Source of the DNA: a virus
Lineage: Duplodnaviria > Caudoviricetes
Strand: one strand, 5' to 3'
Virus record (IMG/VR): IMGVR_UViG_3300009435_000055
Coordinates: 1-24,099 of that record
DNA length: 24,099 nt
The notes under the pieces are model-generated. The model made no database searches and was not told the origin of the DNA. It saw only the letters and a program-made list of their open reading frames with translations. The stretch's first letter is position 1. Every line of letters starts with the position of its first letter. The position numbers were made by a program, and so were the translations under genes. Below, piece after piece: positions 1 through 8,113 of this stretch.

Positions 1-1
1 C

Positions 2-238
2 AACACTAACATAACGAGAGCGATCAGAAAGGCCACCGGCCTTAACCATGTGAAGGTTCACGCTGGTGGTGGAGTTTGCCGCTTCTATAGCGATGATAAA
101 CGCACTGCTGAGGTATTAAGCAGTTTGGACTTGCCTTCAGTTTACGTTGATAGAATCTGTCATTTAGACCTAGACCAATGGGTGACAGAGTTTCAGGGCG
201 GTATTGATTCAGATTACAAAAGGAGTTTGATCAAATGA
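2..238 (+). CDS. Hypothetical phage protein, probably 5'-truncated by the window edge
   Basis: The frame of ORF 50..238 is open back to position 2 (NTNITRAIRKATGLNHVKVH...). Its TGA overlaps the next ATG (ATGA, 235-238). Confidence 0.6.
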   Translation, partial: NTNITRAIRKATGLNHVKVHAGGGVCRFYSDDKRTAEVLSSLDLPSVYVDRICHLDLDQWVTEFQGGIDSDYKRSLIK

Positions 239-420
239 CCCCATCAAAAATGGCAAAAGAAATGGGGCTGAAAAGCCTTGCTCAAGTTTCAGTAATGACT
301 GGAGTCAGCCCACAAACCCTGACAAACTGGCACAAGAACAAACCAAAACTACTCAAGATTGTATTGAGGGGCTGTTTGTTCTATGTCGGGCTAAGCTTAG
401 ACAATAGGATTGAGCAATGA
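235..420 (+). CDS. Small helix-turn-helix (Cro/XRE-like) DNA-binding protein
   Basis: 61 aa with HTH pattern SLAQVSVMTGVSPQTLTNW. ATGA overlaps at both ends. Confidence 0.7.
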   Translation: MTPSKMAKEMGLKSLAQVSVMTGVSPQTLTNWHKNKPKLLKIVLRGCLFYVGLSLDNRIEQ

Positions 421-524
421 CAGAAACAGACCCTAATGGCCTCAAATGTCACCAAACGGGGGCCAAGCTAGATGCTGGGAAAGTAAAGGCCGGTATCTAT
501 CAAGGTAGACGCGCTAACAGTTAG
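417..524 (+). pseudogene. 35-codon remnant resembling the N-terminus of DUF5664 (dATP/dGTP diphosphohydrolase-like) phage proteins
   Basis: ATG at 417 overlaps the upstream TGA. Translates MTETDPNGLKCHQTGAKLDAGKVKAGIYQGRRANS*. DPxG...H..GAKLDAGK is a recalled N-terminal signature of this family; the ORF stops before any catalytic core. Confidence 0.55.
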
Positions 525-587
525 AGGCTATGCTTGGGCGAATGAGTATAGTTTGATCATTTAATAATCAGACTTTGAGGTTCAGCA

Positions 588-968
588 ATGAGCTTTGTTT
601 CGTGGTTTACAGGTGGTGGCAAACAGGTCGATAAGGTAACTGATGCAGTTATCAATGGAATCGACGCTGTATTTTATACTGACGAAGAAAAGGCCGCAGA
701 TACTGCAAAGCGGTCAGCTCTATGGTTTAAATTCATGGAGCTATCCAGAGAAGAATCCAGCATTAAAAGTGTCACCCGCAGAATCATCGCAATATTGGTA
801 ATGGTTCACTGGTTGTTATTCCTCGATGTTGCCGCAGTGCTATATCTGTTAGACAAACAACCTCAGGCAAAAGCAATATTTGACCTGTCCAACAGTATGC
901 TATGGATCGTTGGCGGGGTTGGTGCTTTCTACTTTGGGGCGCACTTGTTGCGACAGGCTAAGAAATGA
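588..968 (+). CDS. Holin, GTA-type '3TM holin'-like
   Basis: 126 aa. GIDAVFYTDEEKA motif, then TRRIIA and hydrophobic helices (IIAILVMVHWLLFLDVAAVLYLL; MLWIVGGVGAFYFG) and a basic C-terminus. SD GAGG upstream. Confidence 0.7.
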   Translation: MSFVSWFTGGGKQVDKVTDAVINGIDAVFYTDEEKAADTAKRSALWFKFMELSREESSIKSVTRRIIAILVMVHWLLFLDVAAVLYLLDKQPQAKAIFDLSNSMLWIVGGVGAFYFGAHLLRQAKK

Positions 969-1189
969 ACCTTTCAGACTTAATCCAAAAGATCGTTAAA
1001 CACAGTTTGGATGATGCCTTGTATGAGGTGGCGATCATTTGCGAGTCTCAGTTGAGTTCACTGGCGATGGCAAGACTGTTAGACTTAGATAAAGAAGTTG
1101 ATGAAATAGTCTTTGAAGAAATGCAACCAGACACTTATGAGGCTCTTTCTGTGAAAATGCCTCAATTGTGTGAGGGCTGCGAAGATTAA
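965..1189 (+). CDS. Hypothetical acidic protein
   Basis: 74 aa, ATGA-coupled to the holin, fills the gap to the next leader. Confidence 0.6.
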   Translation: MNLSDLIQKIVKHSLDDALYEVAIICESQLSSLAMARLLDLDKEVDEIVFEEMQPDTYEALSVKMPQLCEGCED

Positions 1190-1197
1190 ACTTTCCT

Positions 1198-1236
1198 GTT
1201 GTCTCTGTGAGATAACGATTTATCCTTGGGGGATAA
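1198..1236 (+). promoter_or_regulatory. Tandem RNA hairpins with pentaloops in the ParB leader; the second covers the SD
   Basis: GTTGTCT-CTGTG-AGATAAC (1198-1216) and TTATCC-TTGGG-GGATAA (1220-1236). ATG at 1238. Confidence 0.6.
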
Positions 1237-1237
1237 T

Positions 1238-1780
1238 ATGGTTGAGCATGAATACAAGAAACTCAAAGTTTCAGATTTAATTCCATATGTCAACAATTCA
1301 CGCACCCACTCAGAAGACCAAATCAATCAAGTGGCCGCCTCGATCAAAGAGTTCGGTTTCACCAATCCAATTTTAGTCGATGAAGATGGCGGCATCATAG
1401 CCGGTCATGGGCGCGTTATGGCCGCAAAGAAGCTGGGCCTTGAAGAAGCCCCATGTATTGAGTTAGTCGGCCTGACAGCTACACAGAAGAAAGCCTACAT
1501 CATTGCTGATAACCAGTTGGCTCTTAATGCCGGGTGGGATTTCGATCTGTTAAAACTGGAAGTTGAAACGTTGCAAGAATTGGACTTTGATGTCGGGTTG
1601 CTGGGTTTTGATGATAAATTTTTATCAGAACTACTTGATTTGGACGAATCAAAGACAACGACTTCTCCAGTTATAGACGATGAATATCTCATTGTTGTGA
1701 TGTGCGACAACGAAGAACAACAAGCGGAACTTTATGAGGAGTTTCAAGACAGACAGTTAACCATGAAAATAATGGATTGA
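1238..1780 (+). CDS. ParB/Srx N-terminal domain protein (phage packaging-locus type, no methylase fused)
   Basis: PYVNNSRTHS..QI..VAASIKEFGFTNPILVD...IIAGHGRVMAA is a classic ParB-N motif. ATG 1238 after GGGGA is preferred over TTG 1226. Short C-terminal segment EYLIVVMCDNEEQQAELYEE. Confidence 0.85.
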   Translation: MVEHEYKKLKVSDLIPYVNNSRTHSEDQINQVAASIKEFGFTNPILVDEDGGIIAGHGRVMAAKKLGLEEAPCIELVGLTATQKKAYIIADNQLALNAGWDFDLLKLEVETLQELDFDVGLLGFDDKFLSELLDLDESKTTTSPVIDDEYLIVVMCDNEEQQAELYEEFQDRQLTMKIMD

Positions 1781-1784
1781 TTAA

Positions 1785-2885
1785 ATGAAAAACTATAATG
1801 TTGTTCTAAAGTCACCAGTGTCTAAGTCGTTTCGTTGTCAAAAAGCCGCTGACAGCCTTGATATTGACACCGAAAAGAAATCTGTTCACACCCTCAACGT
1901 AGACGCTGACATTGACTCCGATTTTAATGTTGGGTTGATCATCGGCGCATCAGGGTCTGGAAAAACTACACTTGCCAAACAAATATATGGTGATGATTGT
2001 TTCGGATTTGAAATCGACCCGACTAAACCAATCATCGAGCAATTCCCGTCAGACTTTAAATACGAAGACTGTGTGAGAATTCTCAATGGTATAGGGCTTA
2101 CTTCGGTTCCTTGTTGGATTCGACCAGTGTTCACTTTATCCAATGGGCAAAAAGCCAGAGCAGAAGCTGCGTTGATATTGGCTAATGGTGAAAACTCCAT
2201 AATTGACGAATGGACAAGCGTGGTAGATAGAACCGTAGCCAAAGCAATGAGTCATTGTCTGCAAAAATCGGCACGGACGAAAAACCGAAAAATAGTCTTA
2301 TTGTCTTGTCATTATGATGTCATTGAATGGTTAAACCCTGATTGGATTATTGATTGCAATAAAGAATCATATACAGATCGGAGGTTACTTCGACAAAATT
2401 ACGAGAGAAAAGAAAAACTTGAGTTTGAAATCAGATCAGCCGATAGAAAGTCGTGGCGAATGTTTAGCAAGTATCATTATTTGAGTGATAAATTGCCCGG
2501 TGGTCATAATGAATATTATGGGTTGTTTCACGGGGACGACCAAATAGGATTTCAATGCTTCTCAAACTATGTGCCGTGGAAAGACAAACATCGTCCAAAA
2601 CAAATGCACTTTAACCGAACCGTGGTTCATCCTGATTATGTTGGTTTGGGGTTGGGCGTGTTGATGATAAACGAAACAAGTCGAATGATGAAAGAACGTG
2701 GATTTAAGGTAATGGGTAAATTTTCATCTACACCAGTTTTTAAGTCGTTGACGCAAAATACTAAGTTGTGGAAGTTAAAAAAAGCGGAGCGTCAGATAAA
2801 AACAATCACTGCCGGCGGGAATATGGACAGAAAAACAGGGTTCAGGCAAAAGATAAAAGTCTTTAGTTTTGAATATATAGGTTAA
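1785..2885 (+). CDS. ABC-type ATPase fused to a C-terminal GNAT (Mom-like) acyltransferase
   Basis: Walker A GASGSGKTT, signature LSNGQ, Walker B IIDEW, H-switch SCHYD. The C-terminal half has FSKYHYL and an acetyl-CoA-binding-like motif RTVVHPDYVGLGLG. No transmembrane segments. Confidence 0.8.
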   Translation: MKNYNVVLKSPVSKSFRCQKAADSLDIDTEKKSVHTLNVDADIDSDFNVGLIIGASGSGKTTLAKQIYGDDCFGFEIDPTKPIIEQFPSDFKYEDCVRILNGIGLTSVPCWIRPVFTLSNGQKARAEAALILANGENSIIDEWTSVVDRTVAKAMSHCLQKSARTKNRKIVLLSCHYDVIEWLNPDWIIDCNKESYTDRRLLRQNYERKEKLEFEIRSADRKSWRMFSKYHYLSDKLPGGHNEYYGLFHGDDQIGFQCFSNYVPWKDKHRPKQMHFNRTVVHPDYVGLGLGVLMINETSRMMKERGFKVMGKFSSTPVFKSLTQNTKLWKLKKAERQIKTITAGGNMDRKTGFRQKIKVFSFEYIG

Positions 2886-2919
2886 TAATGCCTCTGAATA
2901 AGAAACAAAGGGGTATTGT

Positions 2920-3807
2920 ATGAGAGAACATCTGCTCATTCCAGACTGTCAGGTTAAGCCCGGCGTTCCAATCGATCACCTTGACTGGATCGGAAAATAC
3001 ATTGTGGATAAGAAGCCCGATGTGGTTATCAACATTGGCGACTTTGCTGATATGGCATCCCTATCCAGTTATGACAAAGGAAAGCGGTCTGCTGAAGGGC
3101 GAAGAATACGAGAAGATTTAGACGCAACCTATACAGCTATGATTAAGCTGATGAAGCCGTTGAAGGATTACAACGCCAGAAAGATCAGGAACAAGGAAAA
3201 GCAATATAAGCCTGAACTTATTTTCACACTTGGCAATCACGAGCATAGGATAAGCAGGGCGGCAGAGAACGATGCTGCTTTGGATGGCTTCTTGAATCTT
3301 CAAGAACTCAACTATGAGAAGTTTGGTTGGAAGGTTTGTCCATTCCTTGATATTGCTCACGCTGACGGCATTGCCTATTCACATTATTTTTACAACCCAA
3401 TGACGGGTCGCCCCTATGGTGGGCAGAACATCAAAACGCGCCTAAACAATATCGGCTTCAGCTTCTCAATGGGCCACCAGCAAGGCTATGACTCAGGACA
3501 GAAGTATCTCAACAACGGAAGAACTATCCGCGGCCTAGTTGCAGGGTCATGTTATCTACACGATGAAGATTATATAGGGCCGCAAGCAAATGGGCATTGG
3601 AGAGGAGTTATATATAAGCATGAAGTCTTTGACGGAAACTATGACCTGATGGAAGTTTCTTTGGATTTTTTGTGCAGGCAATACAATGATATTGAACCGG
3701 GGCTTAGAGTTTGGGAATATATGAAAATCAGATACCCAGAACTCTATAAAGAATCCCATTGGCTTCAATGGCAAGAATCACGGCACAATCAGATAGAAAC
3801 TTCCTAA
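2920..3807 (+). CDS. Calcineurin-like metallophosphoesterase
   Basis: Motifs in order: IPDCQ, IGDFAD, LGNHE, YSH, MGHQQ. SD AGGGG upstream. Confidence 0.8.
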   Translation: MREHLLIPDCQVKPGVPIDHLDWIGKYIVDKKPDVVINIGDFADMASLSSYDKGKRSAEGRRIREDLDATYTAMIKLMKPLKDYNARKIRNKEKQYKPELIFTLGNHEHRISRAAENDAALDGFLNLQELNYEKFGWKVCPFLDIAHADGIAYSHYFYNPMTGRPYGGQNIKTRLNNIGFSFSMGHQQGYDSGQKYLNNGRTIRGLVAGSCYLHDEDYIGPQANGHWRGVIYKHEVFDGNYDLMEVSLDFLCRQYNDIEPGLRVWEYMKIRYPELYKESHWLQWQESRHNQIETS

Positions 3808-3959
3808 TGAATGCCCACGTCTCAAGGTATTACTTTTTTATGATGTGGCTGGCTAAATACAACAACAGACCGATGGCTCAATTAACTTATTACAGCCTAT
3901 GGGAAGAAGAGAAAGCCGGCGGTTCTCAGATAAGCAAAGGTTTAAACAGGAATGGATAA
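3807..3959 (+). CDS. Small hypothetical protein (about 50 aa)
   Basis: ATG 3807 overlaps the upstream TAA (TAATG) and the stop overlaps the TerS start region. Shorter than the track call of 3759. Confidence 0.45.
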   Translation: MNAHVSRYYFFMMWLAKYNNRPMAQLTYYSLWEEEKAGGSQISKGLNRNG

Positions 3960-4335
3960 AGCAGGAAGGCACAACGGGCCATATCCGAAAAAGATTGACT
4001 ATGACGCTCTGGATAAATTATGTGCAATTCAGTGTACTGGGGAAGAGTGCGCGGCCTTCTTGAATATGGATTATGACACGTTAAACAACAGGCTAAAGCA
4101 AGACGGGAATGGCGGTTTTTCGGACTATTACCAACAAAAGGCATCAAGCGGCAAAATATCACTGAGAAGAAAGCAATATTCAAAGGCTGTGAATGAGGGA
4201 AACCCCACTATGCTTATCTGGTTAGGCAAGCAATGGTTGGGGCAGAAAGACGGTATTGAGCCTGAAGGAAACAAAGCCCAACCAATAGCCATCCACTTCA
4301 ATGTAGAGAGTGCGAGGAAAGATGCCGACGCTTAA
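3952..4335 (+). CDS. Terminase small subunit-like protein
   Basis: HTH-like N-terminus (TGEECAAFLNMDYDTL), MLIWLGKQWLGQKD motif typical of phage TerS-like proteins, and position immediately before TerL. Confidence 0.75.
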   Translation: MDKAGRHNGPYPKKIDYDALDKLCAIQCTGEECAAFLNMDYDTLNNRLKQDGNGGFSDYYQQKASSGKISLRRKQYSKAVNEGNPTMLIWLGKQWLGQKDGIEPEGNKAQPIAIHFNVESARKDADA

Positions 4336-5566
4336 CATTCCTCAAGCCAAATTCTTGCAGATGCCTAATAAGTTCAGGGCGTTTGTTTGTGGCTATGGCG
4401 GAGGCAAAACTTGGGTCGGGTCTACAGGGTTAATCAATCACTTCGCTCAGTTCCCCAATGTTGATGCAGCCTATTACGCGCCGACCTATAAGATCGTCAA
4501 AGGCGTGTTCTACCAGACCATTGAGGAAGTGGCCTACAGCATGGGATTTGATACCCGCGTGAAGGTAGGTGACCACGAAGTCCATATCAGTTATGGCAGG
4601 AAACACTATGGGGTTATCCATTGCAGAACGATGGACAATCCAGAGAATATCGTTGGCTATAAGTCAGGTCATGCTCTGGTTGATGAAATAGACATTCTAA
4701 CCCAAGAGAAAGCCACGCAATCATGGCGCAAAATATTGGCTCGGATGCGGTATAAGGTTGATGGGCTGAGAAATGGCATTGATGTAACCACCACCCCAGA
4801 AGGCTTCAAATTCACCCATGATCGTTTTGTTAAGCGTGGGGGTGATAACTACGGGTTGATCCAAGCCAGCACCTATGACAATGAGAAGAACCTCCCAGAC
4901 GACTATATTGAATCACTAAGAGAAGATTACCCGCCTCAGTTGATCGAGGCTTATCTCAATGGCCAGTTCGTCAATCTAACCAGTGGGACGGTTTATCAAA
5001 ACTACAACCGTGAGGCCCATCGATCAATAGAAGTGGTCAAGGATGGAGAGCCGCTATTCGTTGGAATGGATTTCAACGTCACAAAGATGGCTGCGACGAT
5101 ATATGTCCAACGTGATGGTGGGAAAACGTGGCACTCGGTTGATGAAATAACGAACGGTTACGATACCCCAGAAATGATTACACTTCTAAAAGAACGTTAT
5201 CCCGGCCACCCAATCACTGTATATCCTGATGCCAGTGGTAGAAATAGAAAGTCAGTTGGCGCATCATCGTCAGACATCGCATTGCTTGAAGGCGTGTTTA
5301 TGGTCAGGGCACACAGTTCCAATCCATTTGTGAAAGATAGAGTGCTTGCGGTAAACTCGGCCTTTCATCGTGGCGTTTTATTTATCAACGATAAAAAATG
5401 CCCGACAACCGCCGGTAACTTTGAACAACAGGTTTATGGATCAAACGGTGAGCCAGACAAAAAAGGCGGCAAAGACCACCAAAACGATGCTTCAGGCTAT
5501 CCGATAGCCTATGAAATGCCGGTGGTTAGACCGCCGATAAACTTACAAGTTAAATATGCAAGGTAG
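4322..5566 (+). CDS. terL: Terminase large subunit
   Basis: Walker A CGYGGGKT, Walker B ALVDEID, motif III TTTPEG, RNase H-like nuclease VGMDFN...DHQNDA. ATG 4322 follows GAGG. Confidence 0.95.
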   Translation: MPTLNIPQAKFLQMPNKFRAFVCGYGGGKTWVGSTGLINHFAQFPNVDAAYYAPTYKIVKGVFYQTIEEVAYSMGFDTRVKVGDHEVHISYGRKHYGVIHCRTMDNPENIVGYKSGHALVDEIDILTQEKATQSWRKILARMRYKVDGLRNGIDVTTTPEGFKFTHDRFVKRGGDNYGLIQASTYDNEKNLPDDYIESLREDYPPQLIEAYLNGQFVNLTSGTVYQNYNREAHRSIEVVKDGEPLFVGMDFNVTKMAATIYVQRDGGKTWHSVDEITNGYDTPEMITLLKERYPGHPITVYPDASGRNRKSVGASSSDIALLEGVFMVRAHSSNPFVKDRVLAVNSAFHRGVLFINDKKCPTTAGNFEQQVYGSNGEPDKKGGKDHQNDASGYPIAYEMPVVRPPINLQVKYAR

Positions 5567-5572
5567 ATAATC

Positions 5573-7018
5573 ATGCCAGTGTCAGACAACCATCCAGACT
5601 ATCAAGCCGCGCTTCCACAGTGGGAAATGTCGCGCGACGCTGTTGCAGGGTCTACAGCAATCAAGACTCGCCAATCTATGAGCGAAAACAATCAATCTGG
5701 CGGGAATATGGCCGGAGTTCGTTATCTGCCAATGCCAAACCCTGAAGACCAAAGTATTGAGAATCGCCAAAGATATGCGGATTACAAATTGCGAGCCAAT
5801 TATGTGAACGTCACCGGGCAGACAAAGGAAGGAATGGTTGGTCTTGTTTATCGAATCGATCCAACAGTCATCTTGCCGCCCACTATCGAATATTTGAATG
5901 GGTCAACAGATGGTGGCGCCATTACGCTCAACCAATTATCGAAGGGCGCATTGTGCGACTGCTTGGAAGTTGGTCGGTCAGGCATCTTAACTGATTACCC
6001 AATGGCCGATATTGGGCTGACTCAAAGCGAGGTTTCGGCATTAGAGCTGCGGGCCAATCTGTTGCGCTATACAGCCGAGAGTATTATCAACTGGCGAACC
6101 ATTAAAGTTGGCGGTGTTAAAAAGCTGTCTCTGGTGGTGCTTGCTGAACCAACGCAAAAGTTATCAGAAGACGGGTTCTCTTACGAATCAGTTATCTATC
6201 ACAGGGTTCTGCGATTGACTAATGGCATTTATTCTCAATCATTATATGACGAGGATGATAAGGTCATCGAAACAGATTCCGGCGAAACGCTGATCTTCCC
6301 TAGAAAGTCTAACGGGGCATTGTGGAACGAAATTCCATTCACGTTTATCGGCACAGAAGACAATGATGAAGCTGTAGACAAAGCAACGCTTTATGACATC
6401 GCAGAAGTCAACATTGCCCATTATAGAAACAGTGCAGACTATGAGGAATCCAGCTATATGGTTGGACAACCTACGCCATACGTCACTGGTTTGACACAGG
6501 GGTGGGTTGATGCGGTGCTTGATGGAAAGATAACGCTTGGATCAAGGGCCGCAATTCTATTGCCAGAAGGCGCATCAGCCGGGCTTATTCAGGCACAATC
6601 GAACCAAATGCCAATCGAAGGAATGAAGCACAAAGAACAACAAATGATCCAGATCGGCGCAAGGATAATCACTGACCAATCCGGCAATGAAACAGCGACA
6701 GGTGCCAAGATTAAGTTTGCAGGTCAGAATTCAAAGCTGGGGGCCATTATTGGAAACGTAGAAGAAGCCATTGAACGGTCACTTGGATGGGCGTTAGAGT
6801 TTATGGGCGGCGTTGGTGATGTAACGTTTGAGCTGAACAGGAAGTTCCACGATATTGAAATTGATCCGCAAGAAATCATTGCCGACATTCAATTGCTGGA
6901 TCGTGGCGTTATAGCGATGGAAGATATGCGTAATAGATTGAGGAAGTTCAACATCATTGAGCAAGACCGTGATGATGAAATGATTGAAGCCGAGGCAGAA
7001 GCAGACGACCCAATCTGA
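5573..7018 (+). CDS. Portal protein (DUF4055-type)
   Basis: 481 aa directly after TerL. HPDY...W, YLP.P, RY..Y..RA...N and IAEVNIAHYRNSADYE are typical of DUF4055 portals. Confidence 0.88.
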   Translation: MPVSDNHPDYQAALPQWEMSRDAVAGSTAIKTRQSMSENNQSGGNMAGVRYLPMPNPEDQSIENRQRYADYKLRANYVNVTGQTKEGMVGLVYRIDPTVILPPTIEYLNGSTDGGAITLNQLSKGALCDCLEVGRSGILTDYPMADIGLTQSEVSALELRANLLRYTAESIINWRTIKVGGVKKLSLVVLAEPTQKLSEDGFSYESVIYHRVLRLTNGIYSQSLYDEDDKVIETDSGETLIFPRKSNGALWNEIPFTFIGTEDNDEAVDKATLYDIAEVNIAHYRNSADYEESSYMVGQPTPYVTGLTQGWVDAVLDGKITLGSRAAILLPEGASAGLIQAQSNQMPIEGMKHKEQQMIQIGARIITDQSGNETATGAKIKFAGQNSKLGAIIGNVEEAIERSLGWALEFMGGVGDVTFELNRKFHDIEIDPQEIIADIQLLDRGVIAMEDMRNRLRKFNIIEQDRDDEMIEAEAEADDPI

Positions 7019-8046
7019 TGAGTGACTTCTTGCTTGATGCCACCGTTCGTCATGCCGTGTTTGTTCAACGGTATGCTTCCGGTCAAGCCAGAGAAATCAA
7101 AGAGCCGTTGTTCGTGCTGCGAGATAACGTTGTCGAAAGGCTGTTGTCAGAACCAGATAACTTTGACGAAGTGCGGATGGCTCAGTTGATGGAAGCTGTC
7201 GGCAGTTACAGCGATGAATTCTCTGAGGATTTTAGCAAGAAGATGTCGGTGATGATTGAAGATTTCTCGGAATCAGAAACAGAGTTTAGCTATGAGATGT
7301 TGGCTGCTGTCGTTATCGGGGCTGGTTTTTTAATGCCAGACAAAGGCCATATTGCTCGGACTGTAGCCAGAAAAGAGATGTCGGTACTGGATGGGGCAGG
7401 GACAATTACGGCAAAAGACGCGACCACACAATTTACAAAAAAGAAGGGCCGTGAGATAATCCGAACCATCAATGATGCCATATTGCTTGGGAGTACAACG
7501 AAAGAAGCGGCAGCGAACGTTTCAGAATTGATAAGTTTAAGGCAAGCAGCGCAAGCCGAATCGTTGACAAAGACAACCGCCAATTTTATCAGTGCAGCAG
7601 CGACAGATTCGGTTATAACGGCAAATTCTGCATTGTTTGCTGGCTATCAATGGGTGTCAATCTTAGATTCAAGAACAACTTTGATTTGTGCTGGCCGTGA
7701 TGGGAATATTTATCCTGTAGGAAAAGGGCCATTGCCTCCGGCTCATTGGGGTTGTCGTTCACGGGTCTTACCTTTAGTTAAGCCAGAATTTGAAAAGGAT
7801 AAGGCCAGAGCTGGGAGTAGCAGACCATCTCCAAAGGATTACGGCGACTGGCTAAAGAGTCAGCCGGCCAGCTTCCAAGACGAATATTTCTCAAAGTTCC
7901 CAGACGGGGCAAAGAAAGCAAAACTATTTAGGGCAGGTGGTTTGCCCATTGAAAGGTTCCGAGATGAGCTTGGGGCCGAATATACATTGGAACAATTAAG
8001 GAATTTAAACCCAGTTGCGTTTCAACGGGCAGGGGTGGCACTGTAA
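7018..8046 (+). CDS. Minor head protein (SPP1 gp7 / Mu gpF family)
   Basis: WVSILDSRTTLIC...PPAHWGCRS signature; lies after the portal. Confidence 0.9.
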   Translation: MSDFLLDATVRHAVFVQRYASGQAREIKEPLFVLRDNVVERLLSEPDNFDEVRMAQLMEAVGSYSDEFSEDFSKKMSVMIEDFSESETEFSYEMLAAVVIGAGFLMPDKGHIARTVARKEMSVLDGAGTITAKDATTQFTKKKGREIIRTINDAILLGSTTKEAAANVSELISLRQAAQAESLTKTTANFISAAATDSVITANSALFAGYQWVSILDSRTTLICAGRDGNIYPVGKGPLPPAHWGCRSRVLPLVKPEFEKDKARAGSSRPSPKDYGDWLKSQPASFQDEYFSKFPDGAKKAKLFRAGGLPIERFRDELGAEYTLEQLRNLNPVAFQRAGVAL

Positions 8047-8068
8047 TAATTTATAGTGTATAAGGAAT

Positions 8069-8096
8069 ATAGCCGGTGGCTATTGGTTTGTGACCA
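8069..8096 (+). promoter_or_regulatory. Tandem pentaloop hairpins in the scaffold leader
   Basis: ATAGC-CGGTG-GCTAT (8069-8083) and TGGT-TTGTG-ACCA (8084-8096), just upstream of SD CAGGA and ATG 8114. Confidence 0.6.
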
Positions 8097-8113
8097 TAAA
8101 CAGGAAAATAACT

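Noticed and set aside
1238-1780. Plasmid or prophage partition system (ParABS)
   Set aside because: Only the ParB N-terminal domain is present: no HTH, no ParA and no parS-like repeats seen.
1785-2885. ABC transporter ATP-binding subunit
   Set aside because: No permease or substrate-binding gene nearby and no TM segments; the ATPase is fused to a GNAT-like domain.
8047-8067. Sigma70 promoter in the AT-rich gap before the scaffold gene
   Set aside because: TATAGT/TATAAG hexamers are present, but there is no credible -35 or correctly placed extended -10.
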